A stretch of DNA of 63,949 bases, counting the filler, from Perkinsus chesapeaki ATCC PRA-425 (taxonomy: Eukaryota > Protista > Perkinsozoa), in NCBI GenBank assembly GCA_013115145.1. It is 12 parts of 12 records of this genome, joined end to end, with 100 filler letters (N's around TTAATTAATTAA, not from the genome) between each part and the next. Parts side by side here need not be neighbours in the genome. Positions count along the whole stretch, not along the records: positions 17,512 to 37,308 come from JAAPAO010000633.1; positions 37,409 to 39,502 come from JAAPAO010001679.1; positions 39,603 to 48,021 come from JAAPAO010000975.1; 9 more parts are not named here. One strand, 5' to 3'. Numbering within the stretch: position 1 is the stretch's first letter; every line of letters begins with the position of its first letter. The notes below the pieces were generated by a model, which searched no databases, had not been told where the DNA came from, and was given only the letters and a program-made list of their open reading frames with translations. The position numbers and the translations under genes were made by a program. Below are positions 35,701-48,121 of the stretch, piece by piece.

Positions 35701-36207
35701 GTGCATTTTAAGAGTAATATTCACGACCATTCTCCCTTCATCTGGTTCATTCCAAATCAACTTCAAGATTCTTCTGTCTGAGCTTCCCTACCCTTAATAA
35801 TACCTCTCCTAACAACCCCTCCCCTTAATAATACCTCTCCTAACAACCCCTACCCTTAATAATACCTATCCTAACAACCCCTACCCTTAATAATACCTAT
35901 CCTAACAACCCCTACCCTTAATAATACCTCTCCTAACAACCCCTCCCCTTAATAATACCTACCCTAACAACCCCTCTATCACCTTCTGTGGTCCTCCTCT
36001 ATTAATTCCAGATGAGCTTTGCCACAACGGTGCACCAGTTTGGTCTATACTACCATCCAGTGTAGTACTCATAGTGCTACTGTTAAAGAAGTCCGACGAC
36101 ATCGAACTGCTTGTCGAGAAGGAACCAGTTTGGTTGTTTCCATGCGGCACGTCGAACATCGGCGCATAGGGACGGTTGACAGGCTCGTACGGCAGCTCTG
36201 ACATCAC
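29709..36207 (-). CDS. ATG9: Autophagy-related protein 9 (lipid scramblase), multi-exon; 3' end approximate
   Basis: Exons: VSDIEKFLAAVYNYYRGGGFYGIL; LCQIPLDSDK...VSWAEVARRLVRLQ; ITTVEMTNLLLRDSSYA; FARGFRKRLRLWGLVAFVTLVP; REWTNMAKYHTRE|YLELPHLHRARLNSA; VVRLIKYVCGSIAAALFALALWDDSPLLHVVFAGKNLLW. These are conserved ATG9 blocks in the expected order. Confidence 0.85.
35787..35975. repeat. 31-bp tandem repeat, 6 copies (CCTWCCCTTAATAATACCTMTCCTAACAACC), in the first intron of ATG9
   Basis: TTAATAA recurs at 35794, 35825, 35856, 35887, 35918 and 35949. Confidence 0.95.
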
Positions 36208-37408
36208 CGATCAAACCATCAATACCTATCCAACGCCTTCCACAGGGAGGAAAAAATTTAAAAAATGGTGACGGTTTTTTGTGTCGTCTTTATAACGTTT
36301 CGATGAGGGGCTGCAGTGCTCACTTAAGTGTGAATTCCTACAACACTGTATGGATGCAAACTGAACGCAACAACATGACCCATTCCGATGAAACCAACGC
36401 TTACATGAATTCCTTGTTAACTACCTTAACCACACAACTGATGATACACAGTGACTTACAGACACTTAGTAAAGGCATTGCCACTTATACTCAAGATGTA
36501 CTTACTTATAAAGGTTCCCCCCACATGGCATGCCTTCGCCTATACAGCTTGGTGAGGCCTCAAGGAGGCACTACTGTTAAACAACTTACAAACCAGTTCG
36601 AACATGCATCTGTGCTGCAACCCTGTCTTCTTGCTCGTGCTCAGTGATGAGATCATTTCAACCCCCAATATGAATAATCTCCATCAGCATCAGACCTCTA
36701 TGCAAGCATCCATACGTAGCCATCAAACCTCCTCAGTCCGGTAATGTCCTTACCGATTCTATCTGCAAGATAAACTGCTTAAAGGGCGAAAGATGCACTA
36801 ATACAACCAACAACCAGAATCTCATATAGGCGTATTTCTGCGATACCTAGGCGACATCATGACTAGATCCCAACAGCGATACGCCTTGAGACCTGATAAA
36901 TTAAAGCATTAATAACAGCGAAAGATAACTGATACACGACTATAACTTCCAACTGAATAAGACTCTCTAACCGCAGCGTGACAGGTTAGTGAAGTAAGAT
37001 ATCCAGTCACCGCCTTCGAATGCATACATCCATTCGATGCGCTCATTCATTATAACTCATCCGACTCGTAGCGATCACAGATCTTTTTAGGAGAGTCACA
37101 AATTGCTAAGTAGCGGGAATGTGATTCTACATCTGCACCAATTGATAGGTTGGCATTGTAGCACTTTTCCATTACTCCTGCTAGACTGGTCCGCTAAGGA
37201 TTGGTGATAGAAAGAAAACAGTTTCCCTAATTCAATGCGCGCCATCGCGGATAACAGTGAAGAAAACGTTAAGTGACGAGAAGTGCTCAAGATTGTAACG
37301 ACTAGTATNNNNNNNNNNNNNNNNNNNNNNNNNNNNNNNNNNNNNNNNNNNNTTAATTAATTAANNNNNNNNNNNNNNNNNNNNNNNNNNNNNNNNNNNN
37401 NNNNNNNN

Positions 37409-39502
37409 GCTGAGTTAAGCATGGTATCTTATCTATATAGACCACGTCGGCACAGACAATACTGAAGGGACTGGCATTGGCCAACATGCCAGGCGAGAAC
37501 AGACCGATGTCGTGCCCAACTAGGAGAGGTTTGGTTCGTCTAGCGCAGATATCACATTGCTGCAGCTGTTCAACAGCTAGGTCAACAATGGAGGGGAACC
37601 AACCCATTGATGTTAGCATTGGCAGTACACGCCTCTGCCCTGCATGACAGAGACACCCATGAAGACCTTGAACAAACTCTGCACGAAGAGCTTCGGGTAT
37701 GATGGGTACACAAACTTCTTCAGCTTGTCCCGGAGCACGATAACGCCTCACCAGTACATCAAACTCGTCTAGTTCACACTCGGAGAATACCTGTTGCAGA
37801 TCAACGTCTACATGCTCTGGGAGAAGTCTACCCTGTCGAATAGCTCTTCTAATAGCAAATAAGTCCTCATCATCATACTGCGCTTCCACAATAGCACCGA
37901 GGTCCAGTTCCCAGCTGTCACTGAAGAGGGGCCCATCCGAAACAACCGCACCACTGTTGGCAAGGTCCTCCTCCACATCTATAGCATCCTTCTCTACCGC
38001 ATTGGCAGACTCGAGGAGACGGCTGTAAGCCGGGTCTATCCTGCTTAAGACATCACTGGGGTTGTCCTCCGATGCCACACGGAGTACAGCGAACTCAGTA
38101 AAGGCCTCGGCAGTATCATATATAGCTTGAAGCCTTCGACCAACCAAAGTGGTAGACATACCACCACGCTTTACACTGCGCCCATTCAAATAAGACTGTA
38201 TCCAGCTACGCACGCATTCGTTATCTATGTGCAGGAATACACGACCATCGACAAAAGGGGCAGCCCAAGCCACCGCGCGCGTAGCTGCGCACAGCTCATT
38301 AACATTCACGTGGCGCAGTTCTGCGCGGGAGTCTAATAACCAAGATGCATCTCTTACCAGTATCTTGTCACCACCCGCTGTTTCGTAGGATAATGTGGCA
38401 CCCATCGCAACTGTGCTTGCATCCGAATAAATATGCCATGCCACAGCATCTGAGGGTCTGGGACAATACCAAACCCCATGTGCCGGGTCGCCTTCACGAT
38501 ATAGCTTAGTCTGTAGGTAATCCACCAAGTTCAGGATGTACAAGTCGACGTCCGCATCCCACGGCAGCTTACTAAGAGTTCTCAAAAGTATGGCTGTGTG
38601 GGGTCGGACCCACCCCGCGATAGGGACGTGGCCGGATAGACGGCCACCCCACCCGGCTACTTCACGCCTGGTTAGTCTGGGTTGGTCCTCATCATAATTG
38701 ACCTCGATGGTGATGTCTTGGTCGTCCCGCCTGCACCACATTAAGACACCTTCGTGAAGGTAAAGGTCTAGCCCAAGTGCACGGCTCCCGGCGCTCCCGA
38801 TAACCAACGTGGGTTTACATAGCATACCACCACGTGCAAGAGCCTCACGTACTGCTACTACTGCAGGGGGGTCCACCGATAGCTTGCCTTCACCATTCGA
38901 ACGAAGGACAACGGAATCGTCAACTTCCTCGATGAGGATGTCGTCAAGAAAGGCGGATACTGGATATGGAACCCTTGCCAGAAGCCATCGAATGGCGGCC
39001 GTTGCCACCTTTGGAGCGATACATATGCCAAACGGCAACACCCCCATAGTATACAGCCGGCCACCAATCATAACCACCATAAACTTAAAATGTATAGGGT
39101 CCATCTTTATACAATAGTAGCACTTTATCACATCAAGGGTATATCCCCTCTTCACCGAACGCCACTGATGCAGTGTATCCCGGCAGTTAACCATATCACG
39201 CAGGGGATTGCTAACCAAATATCGATTTAGTTGTCTGAAATCAAGACACATCCTTAATGGAGTGGAAGGCTTGTGGGGCTGGGGTACCAGCACCCATGGC
39301 AGGATGTTGGCTACTTCACCGTCATACTCTCTTATCCACCCGTTATCAAGAAGTTTTTGGGTTTCCTCCTTGAGGTGTTCCTCTTCAATAGGCGTCAATG
39401 ACGGGCTATAGTCCCCACGATTGGCATTGGTAAAAGGTAGTGGTTCCTCGCCAGCTCGCCATACCCAGTTACATGTAAATTGTTGGTCATCAGGGCCTTT
39501 GG
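37409..39502 (-). mobile_element. LTR retrotransposon pol fragment: RT, RNase H, integrase zinc finger and first catalytic Asp; gaps on both sides
   Basis: RT: LRMCLDFRQLN, TLDVIKCYYCI, LPFGICIAP, FLDDIL. RNase H: WHIYSDAS, NELCAA, HIDN, VASEDNPSDVLSR. Integrase: HGCLCH...CDIC and PFSIVCADV. Confidence 0.92.
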
Positions 39503-39602
39503 NNNNNNNNNNNNNNNNNNNNNNNNNNNNNNNNNNNNNNNNNNNNTTAATTAATTAANNNNNNNNNNNNNNNNNNNNNNNNNNNNNNNNNNNNNNNNNN
39601 NN

Positions 39603-39928
39603 TGGGCCTGTTCTGGCGGCTCCTCACGTTGGCTTGGCTTGAAATCATTGTTAAATATCAAAGAGATGGTCTAGATTCTATGGTCCCATGGTTGGCACAT
39701 TTGATCGATTATTTCAACACCAAGTTCAATCCAGTTGTTGAGGACCCCACTACCAAGGATAAGCACGAGACCGTGAAGCACTTGTTGTATGGTGAAAGCA
39801 CAACTCCAAGAAGTGGAGACGCTACCAGTGTGAGTAGCAGCCAAAGCCCCAAGATCTCTAATAGAGTTAGCGGTAGTGGATGCCGAACGAGGCGGGCTGC
39901 CAGTAGCCAGATATCCGCAGCAGTTTAG
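39603..39928 (+). CDS. 3' end of an ORF cut by the gap, possibly a retroelement tail
   Basis: Open from the gap to a stop at 39928, with no recognisable motif. Confidence 0.25.
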
Positions 39929-40581
39929 TTCTATGATGCTGGTGAGCCCGGCATGGCTGCTGAGTTTTTTCTTCCCTGCTGATAGCCGATGTGATCAGCA
40001 GTGAAATGTGTATGGGTTGAAACATACAAGTTGCTTATGACGTTAATATGGCTGCAGTATTTGCCAGCTTATGTTGACCATCAAAGTGTGGCCATAACCT
40101 ATGCTTGCTCCACCCCTTAAATAGGTCGGGGCGGCGGTCCTTAAAGCATCAGTAACACTTTGACTATAATTTTGTACTATGATGTATGTTTCCCCTTCAA
40201 CTGTTATCTACTTTGTCTCAACTGTATGTGTTTAGTTGTCACAGCAAAATCTAGTGAATTTGTCTTTTGTGTCTTCGTACTTTTCGCGAAGTGAACATTC
40301 TCGGCATGTGGTCTTGTGAGCGCCGGTGAAGTCCGCAACCTGCCAGAGATACTCGGAGGCTGCGCTAGTGCCGAGAGTAGATCGGTAGCCTCTAAACAAA
40401 TCAACATATCGCCACTCTCTTGGAGGACGGCGTCTCCGTTTTGTAGATGCGGGATGGCATTTTCACGAGCCGACCAACGAATTCTCGTAGCATTCCATCG
40501 CGAGCCTCAAGGGTCGAGAGTTCCATCACATTCCATAACAAAAATAACGTTGCGTCAGTTCATGGCGAATAAATATCTCAC

Positions 40582-42500
40582 ATGACCACCGCAGCAAAGT
40601 CGCAGCCGTCCGACCACGCAATACCGCGTTTCTACTGCGTGGAGTCGCCCCAAGAGCAACTGGTAGTTCTTCATCAGTTCCTTTTCAAGACGGTCTCGGT
40701 GATATCAGATACGACAGGAAGAGGCTTACCGGTGCGCCTATAAAGCCGCGGAGCAGGTTCCTGTTAGGGATGATTTGGTAAGTGCTGCACTTTGGGGGGC
40801 ATTCTCGAATGACGTGAATCCAGAATGGGGAGAATCAAGTGGTTGGATTAATAACAATATCAAATTGATAATACCAGGCTCAGTTCACGTAGCTGCTTGG
40901 AGCTGGTTCTTCGACGAACCATCGGGATTTGATGTTAATAATTGATTCAAGTGACATTACTTCAGTCGGAGCGATCCTCATTTTGAGAAATTCAAAATAT
41001 GGATCTCACTAAAAAACTTTTTCACCTTAGGTGACTTTAATGTTGATTCTCAAAGAGGCAGACTCCATTGAAGATACTCCTCATAGCTCATGGGCCAATG
41101 ACCTTATACTCACCTACGACAGCTATAAACGAGTTATTAAAGATCAACGGATATCGTACCAACTTGTGCCTTGTTCTTCTGGAGGGGAGTGGTATCAGAT
41201 ATAGACTACGTCAGCTGCTGACGCCTGTTGTGTTTCTCCAGCTCCCGCAAACCTCCGCAGGCCCAGAGACGATATCTGGCATCAGACTGTAAGATCGGTT
41301 ATTACTTTCTAGTTATGCCTATTAGGTTATCTTATGTATGTCGAAGTGCCAACCTTCAAAATATCTTAACTTCGTTACAGCGTCATGATATTGATGGTCG
41401 AGGTTATCTGACTGGTGATGCTTTGGAAGATTGGCTCTTCGAGATAGCTAAACACCTGGTGAACCTTGCCGTTATTTCTCAATTCATCATATCTATTAGC
41501 CCCAAATTCGACGAACACCTGAGCAATTCCTACCACTATGGGTCTTTACAGCAGCCCACACTATAGGCTTTCTCCTAGGCAGTGGACCAGTTTCGGGGAG
41601 GAAGGATGGCTTCCGAATATGTATCGTGCCACCTTCCTCAACGACTGTCACCGTTCCCTTCAGCTATACAGCAAATCCTCTCAAATGAGGGCATTGAGCA
41701 AGTGATAGATCCACTCATGGCGTTACGGAAGGTATATGTGGAAGATATGTCTAGTAACTTATTTTCGAGATTCCGTAAGAAAGTATGTCACTCAACTTGA
41801 CCTCGTACTGTCCAGGTAGCATTTCATATTACGATTCATTCTTTGTCTTCGGCACCGCATCAGTGGACACAGTCCCCAATGAAGGCTCTTTGAACATATT
41901 TAATCGGGGTTATATGAACCCATTGTTCACGTCGAGAATCGTTAAGAGATATAATCCAGTTCACCGAATAATGGACTACAGTACGTCACAAAGTTGCCGT
42001 TGGTCAGCGGAATTCTTCAGGAACTTTCCTCGACTTCTGCATTGCCTGGGAGAATCGCGATACTTGTCAAGGAGCAAAATACTTCTGGCGTATTCTTGAT
42101 TGGCGAGGCCGTGGATGGATTGATAGAGACGATCTCACTGAGCTTGCCCAAGCCATTCTGAGTGTTGTTGGTGGGACACGACCACCACTTACTGATATTG
42201 TTCATGTCGATAATAGGTTCATTGCCGGGGATATGTGGACCCAATGGCCCGCCCCCAGTCGAGACATTGGTGTCAGAGATATACGACCTTCTGGTTGTTG
42301 CTGATGACGAATCCAATCCAGAGGGGCGTAGGTCCGACTCGTGTTTGGCGTGAGATTTTATTAGTTATGTAGGGATCGTTCTGCCACATATTCTTAAGCA
42401 CACCAGAGCTTTCGGAACAGTGGTGGGATTTCTTGCCAACACTGACGCTTTTATTGAGTGAGACTTTCTGGCTGGTAGAGACGGCATACCTAACCGGCAG
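40582..42500 (+). CDS. Probable PP2A regulatory subunit B'' (PPP2R3C-like) EF-hand protein, multi-exon
   Basis: HDIDGRGYLTGDALEDWLFEI (EF-hand-like); ILDWRGRGWID; GPNGPPPVETLVSEIYDLL, which resembles the P-x-x-E-D-x-x-x-EIFDM block of B'' subunits. Confidence 0.5.
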
Positions 42501-44288
42501 GTACGAGGCACGAGAGGAAATCGTTCATGAGAAGTTCTCTGCGAAGCAACATAAGGAAAAGAAGGACAAACAGTATCAACAGAAATTAGCTTTTATTGAA
42601 GTACGTAGCGAGTCCGAAAATTATTGTGTGTGACATTTCAAACGCGGGAACGTGTATTAGAAATGCATGGAATGGTGAAGTCGGGCAGGATCTCATTATG
42701 AAGCGGCTGCTTGATATCCTTCTTATCTCATCAGTTTCACAGTACAATTGATCATCGACTGCAACAGTGCCTAGATGGTCTCTGGGGAAATCTCAATGTA
42801 CACGATAGCCCCACCACTGCCGGGAGTCATGCAAGTCTGTCATTTGGCACCTTCCGAGAGTAGCATGCTGCTTCACTCCATTACACTTACACCCGATTCT
42901 CGATTAGGTATCTTAACTATCATGAATCTGTCTATGCAGGCGTCTCTGTTGAGCCGGGACTCAACGCGTGAGTGAAGGACTTGTGAACGTATGTCGATTC
43001 GTCACTTATTAGATATTATGAGTGGGAAGAGTCCGAGTCCAGTCAAAATGAGCACTACAGGCAACTGAAGAAGCAGCAAGTTAATATGCAATTGAAGGAG
43101 ATCAACGCTGCCCAGGAAGCAAAGATTGTGAGCTGCGACGACGCTTGCTGGCTCCTCGTGGGATTTTCTGTCCCGAGTTCTGCTGCCGAATAGTATTCGT
43201 ATTTAACGTGTTTTTGTTCAGGCATTATCGTCTCCTACAAGCTCCGATCCTTGTATTACAGCTCGGCTGAATATGTCGGATTATGAGGAGAGCAACTCGA
43301 GCGACAGCGATTACACTGAAGGAAGCGACTGAAGCCTATGAACTCGATTACACTGTTCAGTCAGTGCGTTTAAAAAAACAGAAGTGTTGTTGAAGCAACT
43401 CTACATGTAATCGTTAATTGATTCATTGCTTTCCCACAAGGTCTCGAGTTCAACGTTCCGATCAACCGTCATGGCGCAACTTTTAAATGGCCGCAGCTAC
43501 TTTCAATGAAGCAGAGTTCGGAATAAGATGAAGATTTCAAGACACTATTTCCGCGGCGCACAGTGTCAACATTGGAAGGGCTTTACTCGGAAACCGACAT
43601 TTAGCAAAAGTGTTGCTGCAGAATATAAACCAAAACTAATGTTACTTAACCCGCAACGCCCCGTACTTACTAATGTACTTGCTCGCACAATGTCCGGATT
43701 AGCGTTTGCTCTGTTGCCAACACTCATCGATCGACACATGCTTTGACTTCAGCAGGGAGATTCGATATCAGGCTGATCAGGGACCCGAGAAAGCGTGCGG
43801 TGTTTCTCTCCGACGTATTTTTGAAGTGACGGCTCGTCACTGACGAGTATTCCTTCTTTGTTCTTTTCCACCGAGCTCGCCGGCTAATCACAGTAAGTAA
43901 ACCAAGGACGATGGCTGAGACCGTAGCTTAGTCACCGCATAGGCTTCATTCTACGAAGGTATAACAGACTATCAAGTCAGTGAGATATTACGATAAGCTT
44001 TGTTGGTGGCAGATCCACTGCTCCCTGGTGGGTCGTCAGTTATGTATAAACGCAACAAACACAAACCAATATGGTTGCGGATTTCTCTTATCTCTGAGTC
44101 CACTCAGCGCATGTTCATCGAGTGGTAGACAAACAGGGTTAACATTAGGTAAATAATATAATCGTAAGTGTACGCATGCGCTGTACGTGCGTCGCTGAAA
44201 AGTACACTGCATAGTAAACTTAACCGGTCACTCAGGGCATTCTACTGGAGCTTACGGCGGACAATATCAAGCACCGACCCACTGACAA

Positions 44289-45380
44289 CTACTGATATCG
44301 CCCTACACTAACCAAACCAACCTCATTATTCTCAGGATCGAAATGGAAATAATTCCCCATGAAAGCGATTGCCCCTAGAGTGAACTCCTCGGCGTCATCA
44401 AAAATAATACATATGTAACAAACATCTTCTTGACTCATCAATACCACACTAGAAGCGAGAATTACAAGAGGAACTTTCTCGCCTCTCACTCCCTTCACAA
44501 AGAATGTCACAGACGGCAGATTGAGAGCATCCGGACACGATATGGAAAGGTAGCGACCCTTATCTTCTATCCGAACTTTCTTCTTGCCGGCGCTCTGTAA
44601 TAAAGCAACCACTCGACTTTTGAACTTTCGGTTGAAACAAATGTGGGCGGTACCGGTATCGAGATCAGCAGGCATTTCCATAGCGATGGTATTGTTCGGG
44701 TCACTTCCAATTGTCAATCCGAGGACTTGGATGGAGCCTTGGTCCTTATTAACGATTTGGACGTAGCTCAAAGGGCCAGCATGCTTTGATGGGTCGTCAC
44801 CGCCAAGTATCAGCTGACCAGAAGGGTCATCACCTCCAGTGAAGTAGATGGAGAAGGAGTTGCCCGTGATAATCTTCTTGGTGAATAGTAGTTCAACGAT
44901 AGACTTATATGGAGCAGTAGACGGATCGGATGGCCCCAAACCAAGCGAGGCCCAGATCGTAGCCGGGTCTCGATTAAAGCCGGCTACCAAGCCGAAGTCT
45001 AGGGGGGTTGATACTTCACCATTGAAATCGAGCTTGCCCGTATGTAGGAAAAGTGAAACTGCCGAATGATCCGCGAAAGTATAAGTCTTGGTCGGGCCTT
45101 GTTTGCAAGGCGGGATGCATTCGTAGCATCCGAAAAGGAACTCCTTACAATCCTCATGGCTATTCTCATACCATTGCTTCCAAACTAAGAACACATATGG
45201 AGCTCCGGTATCAACTAGTGCATATGTAATTTGGCCATCAGCCTTGAAGTTGACCACCGGTTGAGGGAAGCCCTTGTTTACACCAGTCATTTTGAATGAC
45301 ACATCCATTCTAACCAGTTTGTCAGCTATATTCGCCAGCACCAGTATGTGAACCAGAATTAGATCTACGAGCCAGGACAT
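44289..45380 (-). CDS. Secreted pepsin-family (A1) aspartic protease, intronless, 363 aa
   Basis: Signal peptide; two catalytic motifs ALVDTGAPY and ADLDTGTAH; FGLV; GQLILGGDDP; TLGAIAFMGNYFHFD. Confidence 0.93.
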   Translation of the reverse strand: MSWLVDLILVHILVLANIADKLVRMDVSFKMTGVNKGFPQPVVNFKADGQITYALVDTGAPYVFLVWKQWYENSHEDCKEFLFGCYECIPPCKQGPTKTYTFADHSAVSLFLHTGKLDFNGEVSTPLDFGLVAGFNRDPATIWASLGLGPSDPSTAPYKSIVELLFTKKIITGNSFSIYFTGGDDPSGQLILGGDDPSKHAGPLSYVQIVNKDQGSIQVLGLTIGSDPNNTIAMEMPADLDTGTAHICFNRKFKSRVVALLQSAGKKKVRIEDKGRYLSISCPDALNLPSVTFFVKGVRGEKVPLVILASSVVLMSQEDVCYICIIFDDAEEFTLGAIAFMGNYFHFDPENNEVGLVSVGRYQ

Positions 45381-46600
45381 GGGAGAAAGGGTAAATAGGA
45401 GGCTTACAAGATCATCCGCACATTTGCTGTGGGGTGGATTCCTCGCTCATGGAAAAACAGGATCACCGTTATCATGTGTGAAATTCATCCGGTGAATGAA
45501 CCCTCAACAAGATAATAGAGAGAGCAAGATAATAGCAAAGGAAATATCGTCAACAACCCCGCGGCCGCCAGAACTAGTATCTCAATACTCAAGTCAGTCT
45601 CGCGACCTAGGGCTCTTCAGGTAACAGAAGGGAAAGGGCCTTGCGGAGGGGTAGAAGGCACAGAGCCGCACACTGTGTGGCGCATCGGTGGCAAAGAAGC
45701 CAGCTGCTAGCCCGGATACACACAGTTTGATCACGGAAATGATCGATCGAGGTACAACAGTTACAGTGCACGAAAAGTGGGGAAGCTGCATGTCAAGCCT
45801 GTAGCTCACACCGAAATACTGTGGGCTTAGTTCAAAGTTTGTACTCCAAACGTACACTGGGAAAAATTGGTATTCCTTCCTGCAACGCCAATGGCGTTAC
45901 GCTATACTTTTCTTCGTGGAGCGCACGAGCGCCAGCACTAATAGTGAGGTAATGAATCTCGATTCGAGATTTTCGAACAGTGTTCCGTAATGTAGTGACT
46001 ATACGATCGAATTTGTAATATCGTTTGTACTTTTCGCCACGCGATTCGATTCGAAACAGTTCAAAACTTACGAAGTAAAATCCAGACTGGTCCACATCTT
46101 GTTTAATGAAATTCCCAATGACGTAGAGGATGGGGTGGATAGATGTAGCTGACTGGTCGTAACAAAAGGAGCAGCGGGTGAACCGCCACGCCTAATGGAG
46201 CTGGTGTAAGTGGTACGTCACAGGATGTGGTCAGCCAAAAACTGATTGAATAAACCTGTAACACAGCAACTGTACTACGCAGCGAACTAACAATATAGCA
46301 GTCACTGTGCTCGAGTATTTGACCTAGGAACACAAACTGTGACATACCATATATTCCAGTCAGCGGACATCTATTAGGACTAAGCGTGTTCAACAACGAT
46401 ATCATGGAAGGGATACCGATATCCCTCAAGTTACTTGAAGTACTTCCCTCTTTTCCAACATCGTTGAGGGCACACTTAAGTCCTACCTCCCTTCCATCCC
46501 ATCCGGTTTACGTTGACTTTTTATTGCTGCAAGGTAAAAGACTCATTAACAACTCTACAAAATTAGTAATCACCAATAACTTTCATTCGTATTCCGTAAT

Positions 46601-47730
46601 TTAATTGTCGCCATTTCGGAGCATCTTCTGGCAATAAACCTTCTCGCGAGCTTCCCTTCCGCTGTGGCCGCGCATATAATGGTTTGCAACAGTATTAACA
46701 TCTCTCCAACGACCATATTCAGCAATAGCCTCCAACGAAATACCAGCTTGGCTCAGCAAATAAACTCCAGTTCTGCGCATACTGTGTGAAGTTTTTCTAC
46801 CAACCTCGTCATCCACTTCATTATTATCCATTGCAGTCTCAACCAGAAACTTGATGTCCTGAGACAGCTGTGAGTACGTTAGCCCAAATAAACTTGATCC
46901 AACGGATTGATCTAACTTCTCTACCCAAAGCAGTTGTAGTAAACGATGGTAGACACATAAAGGATCAACACAAGCCTTACTGGAGTGAAGATCGGTAACA
47001 CAGCCAACCACAACAGAATCACCTGAACCACTCTGGTCAGTCTTGAACTGTCTTATCCTAATACGCAGTGATGAGCTCGTATCACTGAACTCAATATCAT
47101 CAAAACGCAAGGCCACCACTTCCTTCAATCGCAGCAAACCCATCACACCAGTTAAATAAGCCAGAACACTTGTGGTCCTCCCGGATGGAGGTGCTAGGTT
47201 GTTTAAAGTATGCAAGCGGTCAATAGATAAAGTGACCGTTCTCTTCGTCTTCCTATTCTGAAGGAGCCTCTTTGCAGCATGTAAAGCAAGCCTTATTTAC
47301 TCTTGATCTGCGTTTGAAAGAGGTGTGGATTTATACAATCTCGATTCCACTCTTATCTTGCCACTGTAATTCTGTACAGTCTCCCACATCAGCCCCTTGA
47401 TAGTTAGGGAGACAATGTAGCAAATCATTGAGTCCGCACTGACCGGAAAGGGGTCGAAACCGTGCTTATCACAGACCTCCTTGTAACCTTTCAAGGTCGA
47501 GTCTCTTGAACGTATGGTAGACGGCGCTCGGGCTGCTTGCATATGGTTGTCAATATCCGACTCCGTCACTCCATTGGCATAGAACGCTCTTTTTTCCGCT
47601 TCTGTAGGTACACTGGAGTGCTTGACGCAGTCGCTTCCTTGGACGATGCTTCCTGAGTACCTCGGAAGACGCGTAGGCGCGCATTATATTCCGCTTCAAC
47701 CGACTTCAGGGCCCTGTGGGAAGACATATG
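46601..47730 (-). mobile_element. Tyrosine recombinase of a DIRS/Ngaro-like retrotransposon, interrupted by one in-frame TAA (47297-47299)
   Basis: N-terminal SAM-like core-binding part ARAPSTIRSRDSTLKGYKEVCDKHGFDPFP. Catalytic residues in LLRLKEV (R), FKTDQ (K), SHSMRRTG (HxxR), GRW and HY (Tyr). DQE*IRLALH links the two listed ORFs in frame. Confidence 0.9.
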
Positions 47731-48121
47731 GAAGTAAAAACGGACAATTAGTCTAACTAAAGCTTATTTATAATAAAGTACATCCAGGTCGTAAGTCCAT
47801 ACCTCCATTAAAAACGCAAGGAGAAGTCTGAGCGTTGCAAACCGATAATGCGAGCTAAAGTCACTTACACGGGTAAGCGTTGATGGATTCAAGTAACGAT
47901 TCTATTGTCGTTAAAATATCAACTTCATCTTCTACGCCAGACATGGCCGGCTCACACATTAGCACTCTGCATGAAAGCAGCAGCTGGTGTATTGTGCCCG
48001 AAAGTCAACAGTTGCCTAGACNNNNNNNNNNNNNNNNNNNNNNNNNNNNNNNNNNNNNNNNNNNNTTAATTAATTAANNNNNNNNNNNNNNNNNNNNNNN
48101 NNNNNNNNNNNNNNNNNNNNN

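Noticed and set aside
26660-47299. In-frame TAG (GH18 copy 2) and TAA (recombinase) as evidence of stop-codon reassignment
   Set aside because: Intact genes here end normally at TAA, TAG and TGA, and both affected loci show other lesions, so nonsense mutation is the simpler explanation.
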